A DNA stretch of 64,000 bases, taken from positions 8,850 to 72,849 of IMG/VR virus record IMGVR_UViG_3300019487_000023, one strand, 5' to 3'. Below the pieces are notes generated by a model. It was not told the origin of the DNA. It ran no database searches and saw only the letters and a program-made list of their open reading frames with translations. Shown one piece after another: positions 1-6,991 of this stretch. The translations under genes were made by a program, and so were the position numbers. This stretch comes from a virus. Position 1 is the stretch's first letter; every line of letters starts with the position of its first letter.

Positions 1-1
1 A

Positions 2-373
2 TGAACCAGCTGCATGATAAAGAATCCCACCGATCACCTGTAGCTTGGGATTCAGATTATATCCAGTATTGATCTTTAGTGCAGCATCCGCTCCTTTCCA
101 TAAATCCAGCCCAACTCCAACTTCCGTAAATAGCTTCTCGTTGATATTGAAGCCACCAAGTGCTCCAACGTTGAGTGTCAGCTTGTTCTCCGCCTTGTTT
201 GTACGGATCGGCATGAATCCCAGTTGGCCCATCGCGTAGAACTTATCCAAGTTCAGCTTAGGGTTCCAAGACGCCGCTGCAGTCAACAGCCCGCCATTAG
301 TCTGCGTGATGTACACTGCCGAAAACCGAAATCGTCGACGATCCCTATCGATGTCTTCCTCATCTCTACTCAT
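2..373 (-). CDS. Partial ORF running off the left edge; beta-strand-rich, outer-membrane beta-barrel-like protein
   Basis: Not in the supplied track. ATG at 373 overlaps the TGA of the upstream ORF (ATGA coupling) and the frame stays open to the edge: MSRDEEDIDRDRRRFRFSAVYITQTNGGLLTAAASWNPKLNLDKFYAMGQLGFMP...LFTEVGVGLDLWKG...LQVIGGILYH, with alternating hydrophobic strands. Confidence 0.55.
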   Translation of the reverse strand, partial: MSRDEEDIDRDRRRFRFSAVYITQTNGGLLTAAASWNPKLNLDKFYAMGQLGFMPIRTNKAENKLTLNVGALGGFNINEKLFTEVGVGLDLWKGADAALKINTGYNLNPKLQVIGGILYHAAGS

Positions 374-702
374 GCATCATCTCCTAGAGGGAATAACCCT
401 CTATCCCAATGCCAAACCTTACCTCTACGAGCCCTATCCTGACGAATAAGTAGGCCTATCGTATAGGCCACACCTTCAGCCAGATACCACCCCACTGCGA
501 TGCAACCTGGACATATACCCTCTATATGTCCTATATTGTAGTAATACTCACCCGACTCTACCTTATTTGCCACGTTATTCAGCAGGTCTTCCCTACCCTC
601 TCTAGCTACTATTAGGGCCTTTCCAGCATCTGCCACAGGACACCAGGGGAATCCGTAACTTGTTGAATTTGCTAGAACACACTGACGAATAGGATGGGCC
701 AT
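370..702 (-). CDS. Hypothetical protein (110 aa)
   Basis: ORF track; GGAG-type SD upstream; stop coupled to the next start. Confidence 0.6.
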   Translation of the reverse strand: MAHPIRQCVLANSTSYGFPWCPVADAGKALIVAREGREDLLNNVANKVESGEYYYNIGHIEGICPGCIAVGWYLAEGVAYTIGLLIRQDRARRGKVWHWDRGLFPLGDDA

Positions 703-747
703 GGCACGCCTCTCCGAGGGTCTTGCTTCTCCCCTCTCCTATTCCGG

Positions 748-1011
748 TCAGTCGTAGAAGTGCTCTCCTGCATGATCTCCTACGGCAAAATTCATATTCT
801 CTAGAAGGACTCGGATATTGTTTAGATCTGCATCATCTCCTCTTCCTTCGGATAGTTCTTTTAAGGAATGTTCTGCTATGGGGAGATTGTTGACGATTAT
901 CTTAAGGTGATGCAGGAGGACTTTTGAGGCCAGGATGGTTAGTTCCGTCTTGGGCTCTGCGTTGGCTTCGGCCATCTGTTGGGCGAGGATAGACATTTCG
1001 ACTTCGTTCAT
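748..1011 (-). CDS. Hypothetical protein (87 aa)
   Basis: ORF track; AAAGGTG SD-like sequence upstream; co-oriented with neighbours. Confidence 0.7.
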   Translation of the reverse strand: MNEVEMSILAQQMAEANAEPKTELTILASKVLLHHLKIIVNNLPIAEHSLKELSEGRGDDADLNNIRVLLENMNFAVGDHAGEHFYD

Positions 1012-1066
1012 ATTGTGGACACACCTTTCCGTTGATGGTATTGGTTCGGGACAGGGTAGGGGGAGT

Positions 1067-1083
1067 GGCGTAGCAGTGTCAGT
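1067..1083. repeat. 17-bp intergenic motif GGCGTAGCAGTGTCAGT, copy 1 of 3
   Basis: Exact copies at 1067-1083, 1769-1785 and 2856-2872. Confidence 0.95.
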
Positions 1084-1100
1084 ATATAGGCGTAGGAGAT

Positions 1101-1138
1101 AAGGGAAAGGCCCAACCCAGGTTTCTCCAGGTTGGGCC
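1101..1138 (-). terminator. Probable intrinsic terminator after the 161-aa gene
   Basis: GGCCCAACC (1109-1117) pairs with GGTTGGGCC (1130-1138), followed on the minus strand by TTTCCCTT. Confidence 0.65.
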
Positions 1139-1166
1139 AGTTGGAGATGCGACTTACGGACTTGAG

Positions 1167-1652
1167 TTACTCGGTGATGCCGAACTTCTCGCGAAGCGAG
1201 GCAGGGAGAACCGAGGTGTTGACGGCGACCTTGGAGGCTTTGAGAGCTGCGAGCTCAGCGACTCGGGCGTCGATGTAGCTCTGGACTTCAGCTTTCTCCT
1301 CGGCGGTCGAGCGAGTGGCGAGGAAGAGCTTCAGGTTCTTGAGTTGTTCATCGCCTTGGCCAGCACGACTTCCCGGGTTCTTGGGTTCGTACTTGGTGTT
1401 GCCGTTGAACCGAGGATCTTTGCGAATCCAGTTCGACTGCAGACCAGAGACGTACTCCTTGAGTTCCTCGTCGGTGAAGGACTTGGTGAGGTCGATTTTG
1501 CCCGCTCGGAAACCTTCGAAGAGGATCGCGTTCACCTGAGTGCGACGCTCCTTGGTCATCTCGGCGGAGATGTTCATCCCATCTTCGAAGTGGACGTTGG
1601 CGGAGTCGAGGACGGAAGTGATTGCCATGTAGACTGCGTCTTTCTGCTTCAT
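1167..1652 (-). CDS. Hypothetical protein (161 aa), paralog of 2917-3408
   Basis: Strong bias to C-ending codons; shares RKDPRFNGNTKYxPKNPGSRAGQGDEQLKNL with its paralog; AAAGGA SD. Confidence 0.9.
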   Translation of the reverse strand: MKQKDAVYMAITSVLDSANVHFEDGMNISAEMTKERRTQVNAILFEGFRAGKIDLTKSFTDEELKEYVSGLQSNWIRKDPRFNGNTKYEPKNPGSRAGQGDEQLKNLKLFLATRSTAEEKAEVQSYIDARVAELAALKASKVAVNTSVLPASLREKFGITE

Positions 1653-1768
1653 AGTATTCCTTTGTTTGTTTGGTTATAGTTGATGATTGTTTCAGTATCA
1701 TCGACTTGTCACTGTCGTTCAGTGATGACTACATATAGTATCGGGAACTGTTAAGTGCCGAGGTGGGT

Positions 1769-1785
1769 GGCGTAGCAGTGTCAGT
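1769..1785. repeat. 17-bp intergenic motif, copy 2 of 3
   Basis: Exact match; shares a 19-bp match with copy 1 when the preceding GT is included. Confidence 0.95.
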
Positions 1786-1845
1786 CGCCTGGTGGGCGCT
1801 GACCTACTGCTTAGTAACGGAAGTCGTGACCTTTAACGAAATGAT

Positions 1846-2130
1846 CTACGTATTTGTCACAGCGGCCTTACGGAGGATAACTCGTGGCTTCATCGGCGGT
1901 ACCTTCATAAAGGTAGAGATGCGAATGAGGTATACTTTCTCGTTCTTGTGGAGCTTCATTGTATCCTTGTGGTGTTGGACAAACCAAGACCAAGTGAGGA
2001 TACCCAACGTCTTACCAGTCTCGATATCCCTTACAACCATCGGTAACCTATCCTTTGACCACTCAATGATCTGGTCCCTGTTGAGCGAGATCGTATTCTC
2101 ATAGTGAGTCCGAATTGTGCGGCATTGCAT
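1846..2130 (-). CDS. Hypothetical protein (94 aa), TAG stop
   Basis: ORF track; GAGGTG SD. Confidence 0.75.
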   Translation of the reverse strand: MQCRTIRTHYENTISLNRDQIIEWSKDRLPMVVRDIETGKTLGILTWSWFVQHHKDTMKLHKNEKVYLIRISTFMKVPPMKPRVILRKAAVTNT

Positions 2131-2156
2131 ATATCACCTCGTGTTGGTTAATAGTT

Positions 2157-2264
2157 TCAGCTCAGACTATTCAACTCGATAAGTATCACTCCAGCCTCGT
2201 ACACAGCATACCCAGCGAGTACGATCAATCCACCTTCAATCATGCGGTCAAACCAGGTTCTCAT
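2157..2264 (-). CDS. Small membrane peptide (35 aa)
   Basis: Below the track cutoff. MRTWFDRMIEGGLIVLAGYAVYEAGVILIELNSLS, with an AAGGAG SD. Confidence 0.55.
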   Translation of the reverse strand: MRTWFDRMIEGGLIVLAGYAVYEAGVILIELNSLS

Positions 2265-2379
2265 AAAGTCTCCTTCAGTTTAAGGTCCTTGTAGTCCTTG
2301 CCGTTGAGTCGGCACCATCGGATGGTATTGGAGGAGAGGTCGTCGTTGCAACCCATCAACCAATACCATATCGTCCACA

Positions 2380-2634
2380 TCACTCTTGCCATATCGCGTT
2401 CACTCGCAGTTGGGTTTGGACCTGACGGAGAGTGATGATGCCTTCGTTGATTGCTTGGGCGATCTCATTCTCAGTGAGCGACTCGAGGTTAAACAAGACG
2501 AAGTCCTCCATCATCTCGCGGTCGCACGCAGCGCACTGATGTCCGATGAAGGTGTTGTGCTTGCAGCGCTCGTCGTTCTTGAGTTGGGTTTCGATAAACG
2601 ATTCAAATGCTTTCATGTCTTTTCTCGAGGTCAT
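2380..2634 (-). CDS. Hypothetical protein (84 aa) with Cys/His motif (CxH...HxCxxC)
   Basis: ORF track; ATGA-coupled to the upstream ORF. Confidence 0.75.
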   Translation of the reverse strand: MTSRKDMKAFESFIETQLKNDERCKHNTFIGHQCAACDREMMEDFVLFNLESLTENEIAQAINEGIITLRQVQTQLRVNAIWQE

Positions 2635-2807
2635 GCGACTTTCCTTTCGTTGAGGTTGATTTGTTTCAGCTCGATGTTCTGGAGGTGGATGATACTCTTC
2701 ATTATCTCAATCCGAGCTATCAGGAGTTCAATTATTCGAGTACTTCTGCGTTCAGTGAGCAACTCTTGATCATTCTCAGCTAGGGCTTGATATAGTTCAG
2801 CTAGCAT
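2631..2807 (-). CDS. Hypothetical protein (58 aa)
   Basis: Below the track cutoff. MLAELYQALAENDQELL..., TAAGGAG SD, stop overlaps the next ATG. Confidence 0.65.
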   Translation of the reverse strand: MLAELYQALAENDQELLTERRSTRIIELLIARIEIMKSIIHLQNIELKQINLNERKVA

Positions 2808-2855
2808 AACGTTCTCCTTATTTATAATTATTTATAGGTTCGGCAACTCCCTATA

Positions 2856-2872
2856 GGCGTAGCAGTGTCAGT
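2856..2872. repeat. 17-bp intergenic motif, copy 3 of 3
   Basis: Exact match. Confidence 0.95.
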
Positions 2873-2916
2873 GGGTGGGGACAGCTTGCGCCATCCCCAC
2901 CGTACCGACTTACCTA

Positions 2917-3408
2917 TCAGCTGATACCGAACTTGGCCTTCAGGCTGTCGGGCAATACCGAGGTATTGACCTCGACCGACTTGGCCTTCTCAGCAGCGAG
3001 CTCGGCAACCCGAGCATCGATGTACTGCTGCACTTCGGCCTTCTCAGCAGCGGTCGTCCTCGTGTTGAGGAACAACCGGAGGTTCTTGAGCTGCTCGTCA
3101 CCTTGTCCCGCTCTCGAACCGGGGTTCTTCGGAGTGTACTTCGTGTTCCCGTTGAAGCGAGGGTCCTTGCGAACCCAGTTGCTCACGAGACCGGAGACGT
3201 ATTCCTTGAGACCGCTCTCGTCAGGAAGGTCGCCGCTGTAGTCGATCGTTCCCTTCTGGAATCCCGCGATGAGGATGGCAGAGACCTGAGCGCGAGTCTC
3301 GCGGGTCATCAGGGACTTGATGTCCATCCCGTCTTCGAAGGCATGACCTTGCTCGTTGAGGACGGAGGTAACCGCTTGATACACAGCATCTTTCTGTTTC
3401 ATTCGCAT
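2917..3408 (-). CDS. Hypothetical protein (about 161-163 aa), paralog of 1167-1652
   Basis: Clear end-to-end similarity to 1167-1652; AAGGAG SD; same codon bias. Confidence 0.9.
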   Translation of the reverse strand: MRMKQKDAVYQAVTSVLNEQGHAFEDGMDIKSLMTRETRAQVSAILIAGFQKGTIDYSGDLPDESGLKEYVSGLVSNWVRKDPRFNGNTKYTPKNPGSRAGQGDEQLKNLRLFLNTRTTAAEKAEVQQYIDARVAELAAEKAKSVEVNTSVLPDSLKAKFGIS

Positions 3409-3577
3409 TCTCCTTGTTATGTGGATTAATAGTTTCGGTATTAATCCGGTTTCCCGTAAGACTTGGCATGGTTTTTGGTACCCGCTATCCTCGCCTTACA
3501 AGGGATCCCTTGAGTCGGTACCGGTACTCGCCGCGCGCCTACCCTGTACATGAGCTTTTTCTCCTAATAGGCAAAAC

Positions 3578-3988
3578 TTAACTGGTACTTGGAATTAAAT
3601 TTAAAAATATAAGTTTTTCTGGCTCTACAACCTCATACCAACTTTTTAAATTATGGCAATTATGACATAACGTTTGCAAATTCTCTTTAGAGTTATTGTT
3701 TCTGTTCTTATCAATATGAGCTACTGTTAACTGACAATCTTTCTCTGGCATAAATCCACAGCGCCTGCACTTATCTTCTCTAAACTTTAAATAGGGTCTC
3801 TTCTTTAACTGTGACTTTGTTCTAACATAGTTCTTATTCTTAGCGTCTTGAATCCATTTCTTTTGATATTCACTGGCCTTTACTCGCACACATACCTTAC
3901 AACGATGCGCCAATCCATCTTTCGTTGTTGGATGCTTATAAAATTCACTAACGTCTTTATTTTCTTTACACAAAGTACAACATTTCAT
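3578..3988 (-). CDS. HNH homing endonuclease
   Basis: N-terminal CxxC...CxxC; C-terminal CRRC...AHIDKNRNNNSKENLQTLCHNCH; AT-rich. Confidence 0.85.
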   Translation of the reverse strand: MKCCTLCKENKDVSEFYKHPTTKDGLAHRCKVCVRVKASEYQKKWIQDAKNKNYVRTKSQLKKRPYLKFREDKCRRCGFMPEKDCQLTVAHIDKNRNNNSKENLQTLCHNCHNLKSWYEVVEPEKLIFLNLIPSTS

Positions 3989-4074
3989 CTTACATTTGTA
4001 CCCTGGCCCGCTATCAACCTATTAGGCTACATCAGGCACCAGTACTCATTTTCCTATTAGGGTATAAATTTTCC

Positions 4075-4242
4075 ATGGCCATTAAAGTGAATTTCGCCAA
4101 CGCAACAATCCACCTTCCTGGGCGCTACGGTCCTCACCAAGACTTATTTCCTACTCTGCGTTTCTTCACCGTACTGAAACTTCTTAACATTTGCAAGGCC
4201 TCCACATTGCGAGCCTATATCCGTAACAAGAGGCTCACCTAA
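4075..4242 (+). CDS. 55-aa protein whose N-terminus resembles the tail-sheath N-terminus
   Basis: Below the track cutoff. MAIKVNFANATIHLPGRY versus sheath MAINVSFNGATIYKPGAY; TATAAA 6 nt upstream; stop coupled (TAATG) to the next ORF. Confidence 0.6.
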   Translation: MAIKVNFANATIHLPGRYGPHQDLFPTLRFFTVLKLLNICKASTLRAYIRNKRLT

Positions 4243-4460
4243 TGTGCATCGGCTGCTCCCCATCAAACAAACTCAAGAACCATTTCCTTTATATCTTGGT
4301 GGATTTAGGCCTCACCAAGGCTGAAGAGCTAGGTGCCATCACCAGCTACCACACTCCCGCAACGAAACCCGCACTTGCCCACTCCTTTTGGTCCATCTGG
4401 TACCAGCACCCGCAGGACGACGCGTGGAAGGCCTCGCTACTTGACAAGGAGGAGTCGTGA
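4242..4460 (+). CDS. Hypothetical protein (72 aa), LxxLGLxK/T family
   Basis: ORF track; coupled on both sides. Confidence 0.6.
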   Translation: MCIGCSPSNKLKNHFLYILVDLGLTKAEELGAITSYHTPATKPALAHSFWSIWYQHPQDDAWKASLLDKEES

Positions 4461-4663
4461 TCGATAGACGATTGTCGTACCCTCACCTCGGCCGCGATGA
4501 TGTAGCCTACCAGCTCAACCTCATGAAGTATCGCGGAGCCCACTACCAGCGTCTCTTCGTATTCTTAGCTCGCTTAGGTTTGAAGACTCCGCGCGAGTAT
4601 TTGCCTGTCGGCTGGCAGTATCGTCCCATCAACCCTTTGAAGGGCTGGAAGTACGGGTTATAA
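4457..4663 (+). CDS. Hypothetical protein (68 aa), LxxLGLKTP family
   Basis: ORF track; GGAGGAG SD and GTG start. Confidence 0.7.
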   Translation: MIDRRLSYPHLGRDDVAYQLNLMKYRGAHYQRLFVFLARLGLKTPREYLPVGWQYRPINPLKGWKYGL

Positions 4664-4670
4664 TAGGGAT

Positions 4671-4964
4671 ATGCGCGAGTGGTTAACCTTTAGTAAATCT
4701 GGGCAGTGGGTGTTGCATAAGGCAACCGCACCCAACTCACCTGACGAGCATCCGCCTGCGGATGACTACACCAGTCACAATAAGCCCTACAAATCTTTTC
4801 GAACAAATCAGGGCGAGCTTCACGAGGACCACGGACAGAGGGGTACCCTTCATGACTTTGGCGGCGGCAAGCAACCCAAGCACCCAAACCAGCGCAAGGC
4901 TACAACGCCATCTCAAAAAGTTCAAAGCTTCTACAACGAGCGCAACCCGGGCGTTGGCGACTGA
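4671..4964 (+). CDS. Hypothetical protein (97 aa) with N-terminal KSGQW motif
   Basis: ORF track; TATAAT 6 nt upstream of the ATG. Confidence 0.7.
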   Translation: MREWLTFSKSGQWVLHKATAPNSPDEHPPADDYTSHNKPYKSFRTNQGELHEDHGQRGTLHDFGGGKQPKHPNQRKATTPSQKVQSFYNERNPGVGD

Positions 4965-4981
4965 TCGTATAATCAGGGCAT

Positions 4982-5164
4982 ATATACAACATCTCTGATC
5001 GGATTCGCGTGATATTTGCGCTTATGGATTGTTTAGACCGTTTAGGTTTGAAGTCCCCGAAGAAGTTTTTAGGTACTGAGATACGGTATGTGTGCGGCAC
5101 AGACGACGTGCAGGTGCGCATCTTCCAGAAGGAAGACGGTTCTTGGTGGGAGACGATGTACTAA
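4982..5164 (+). CDS. Hypothetical protein (about 60 aa), LDRLGLKSP family, start uncertain (ATA 4982 or later GTG/ATG)
   Basis: Not in the track. Open frame ...LMDCLDRLGLKSPKKFLG...WWETMY; TATAAT 8 nt before the in-frame ATA; stop coupled to the ATG at 5164. Confidence 0.5.
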   Translation: MYNISDRIRVIFALMDCLDRLGLKSPKKFLGTEIRYVCGTDDVQVRIFQKEDGSWWETMY

Positions 5165-5373
5165 TGCTTAACTTCAATACTCTCAAGGCTGTACATATTG
5201 CGAACGGTGTTGCACAGTGCAGCGAAGGTATTAACAAGCGTCACTACATTGCTAACAAAGCTAGAGGTAGGGCTGGCGGCATCGAGTACATGCAGCACTC
5301 TAGCAATCACAAGCTGTATGCGTTAGAGGATGACTTTGATCGCAACAGTAGGCCAGCACAGAGGATGCAGTGA
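5164..5373 (+). CDS. Hypothetical protein (69 aa)
   Basis: Track ORF 5092-5373; the coupled ATG at 5164 is the more likely start. Confidence 0.6.
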   Translation: MLNFNTLKAVHIANGVAQCSEGINKRHYIANKARGRAGGIEYMQHSSNHKLYALEDDFDRNSRPAQRMQ

Positions 5374-5420
5374 CAGGTTTAATTATCCTGAGAACTCTTA
5401 GGAACATTACAAACTCAATG

Positions 5421-5705
5421 CTAGCTTGAAGCTTGAGGATATCTGACTCGAAAGACTTGGTCAAGGCGGTCCTCCAAGGACAGTCGTCCTTTCCACGAGG
5501 GATCATATCCATAATACACTAGTCGATAGTTGCGACTGAGTTCATCGCCATGATCTAAGTCATAGAAGTCTATGTAGCTTGACATGGATTCGGTCTGCAC
5601 GTGAAGTAGGCCAATTACCCTAAGACGTCTAAGAACCTTCAGTAGCCTGAAGAAGGACGTCACTTGCTGCATGTTGAGATTGTCGAACGGTTTACCAGGC
5701 TCCAC
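5421..5705 (-). CDS. Hypothetical protein (up to 94 aa), TAG stop
   Basis: ORF track. Confidence 0.6.
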   Translation of the reverse strand: MEPGKPFDNLNMQQVTSFFRLLKVLRRLRVIGLLHVQTESMSSYIDFYDLDHGDELSRNYRLVYYGYDPSWKGRLSLEDRLDQVFRVRYPQASS

Positions 5706-5856
5706 TTTTAGTCCCTGCCAGTGTTAGAAGTTGCATATACTCTTCCCATACTTTAACAGAGGGCGTAGCTGCGCTCTTGATCCCAAGATCCCTTAGGACA
5801 AACAGTAGTCGCATTGTGCGCTCAGTAGAGATGATCTTATAAGTCAGCGGGTCCAC
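5692..5856 (-). CDS. Hypothetical protein (54 aa), LRDLGIKS family
   Basis: Below the track cutoff. GTG start 8 nt after TATAAC; MDPLTYKIISTERTMRLLFVLRDLGIKSAATP. Confidence 0.5.
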   Translation of the reverse strand: MDPLTYKIISTERTMRLLFVLRDLGIKSAATPSVKVWEEYMQLLTLAGTKSGAW

Positions 5857-6073
5857 TTAGTGGAGTTATACTTCCACGTCTGGAGTGCTGGTAGAGTAGT
5901 TTCCACATAAAATACAATAGCTCGAGCCTGTAGTGGCAATCGATTAGGTGCTTGTGGTCCGCTTTGGAGATGCGATCTATTTGACGCTCCATAACACAGT
6001 CCTTTTGTAATATTGATGTGGAAGGAGGCGGATTGAAGTTCAGACATGATAAAGCCTCCTCTAGGTTGGTCAA
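5837..6073 (-). CDS. Hypothetical protein (78 aa)
   Basis: ORF track; fits the minus-strand run. Confidence 0.5.
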   Translation of the reverse strand: MTNLEEALSCLNFNPPPSTSILQKDCVMERQIDRISKADHKHLIDCHYRLELLYFMWKLLYQHSRRGSITPLSGPADL

Positions 6074-6098
6074 CCTAATGGCTGACTATAATATTTTA

Positions 6099-6299
6099 TC
6101 ACGAGGTGGGATTGTCTGAATCGAATAGGGTGCGTTCGATGATTTCATCTTCGACCCAAGCTTTTTGCAGCTCGCAGTCAAATTTCTTCACAGAAAGTAT
6201 AGAGTTGTGGGGACCGCAGTAGCGGTTAAGTACCCAATGGAGTTCCCCAAGTGGCATGGCGTGCAACAATGCTTTAATACGATCTGGGCATTCTCTCAT
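6099..6299 (-). CDS. Hypothetical protein (66 aa)
   Basis: ORF track; ATGA-coupled to an upstream small ORF. Confidence 0.65.
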   Translation of the reverse strand: MRECPDRIKALLHAMPLGELHWVLNRYCGPHNSILSVKKFDCELQKAWVEDEIIERTLFDSDNPTS

Positions 6300-6433
6300 G
6301 CAGATATTTTACCATTATTGTATTTTCGGTAAATTCTGTTGCCTATGAGTTTCATTAGGATGATATAGAGGGCGTACTTGTGGAAGTCGTCCTCAGCCTT
6401 ATCAATTGGGTTGGTTCTTACTTTTTGTCCCAT
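6296..6433 (-). CDS. Hypothetical protein (45 aa)
   Basis: Below the track cutoff. MGQKVRTNPIDKAEDDFHKYALYIILMKLIG...; GGAGG SD; fills the gap between coupled genes. Confidence 0.5.
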   Translation of the reverse strand: MGQKVRTNPIDKAEDDFHKYALYIILMKLIGNRIYRKYNNGKISA

Positions 6434-6669
6434 GCGAATTCCTCCTTTGCCTCCTCAATGGTGATATCGTCGTCAATTAGGTAGTTATGCGCCAATATAT
6501 CCATAGCCATTTGGAGTCGTTGTGGTTGTGATGGTGGGTTGGGGTTTAAAAATTCTGGTAAACATGCGGATCGAAACGGGCATTTTTGACAGCGCTTAGA
6601 ATCTAAGCAAGCCCCTTGGGTATCTATGATCTCCTGCATCGTTTGCTTATCTGAATCGCTTAAGGGCAT
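6418..6669 (-). CDS. Cys-rich small protein (83 aa)
   Basis: EIIxxxGxC...CxxCP...C motif shared with 6669-6941. Confidence 0.75.
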   Translation of the reverse strand: MPLSDSDKQTMQEIIDTQGACLDSKRCQKCPFRSACLPEFLNPNPPSQPQRLQMAMDILAHNYLIDDDITIEEAKEEFAWDKK

Positions 6670-6941
6670 TACTCTTCCCTCAGCATTTTGTCTACTTCAG
6701 AGTCAAGGAGTATCTGAGTAGCGACCTCTTTATACCTAATATCTGCTTCTTCCTCTTTCATGTCCTGTGCTCCAATAGCCTCAATGCAACTTACATAGCT
6801 GCCGTCGACTCTCTGCTTAAGCCTACTTAAAGGACATGATCGACACAGGGATTTGTTAGCCCAGCCAGAGCAATTGCCATCTTGAGCTATAATCTCTTTT
6901 AGGATTTCCATCCCTGTCATTCGTTTCAGGATCCTTCCCAA
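6669..6941 (-). CDS. Cys-rich small protein (90 aa)
   Basis: EIIAQDGNC...CRSCPL...C; TATAAT 5 nt before a TTG start. Confidence 0.75.
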   Translation of the reverse strand: MGRILKRMTGMEILKEIIAQDGNCSGWANKSLCRSCPLSRLKQRVDGSYVSCIEAIGAQDMKEEEADIRYKEVATQILLDSEVDKMLREE

Positions 6942-6946
6942 GTTCC

Positions 6947-6983
6947 ATTATACGACGGGCCACACGGGGTAGCAAGGTATAAT
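6947..6983. promoter_or_regulatory. Back-to-back divergent -10 elements (TATAAT on - at 6947-6952, TATAAT on + at 6978-6983)
   Basis: Both lie 5-8 nt from start codons at the strand switch that opens the virion module. Confidence 0.65.
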
Positions 6984-6991
6984 GAGTTAAT

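Noticed and set aside
1067-2872. 17-bp repeats as a CRISPR or mini-array
   Set aside because: Spacings are about 700 and 1,090 bp and contain genes; the repeat is short and no cas genes are present.
1315-3469. Long + strand ORFs overlapping the paralog pair (1344-1679, 2386-2769, 2875-3429 and others)
   Set aside because: Antisense shadows produced by the strong codon bias of the minus-strand genes.
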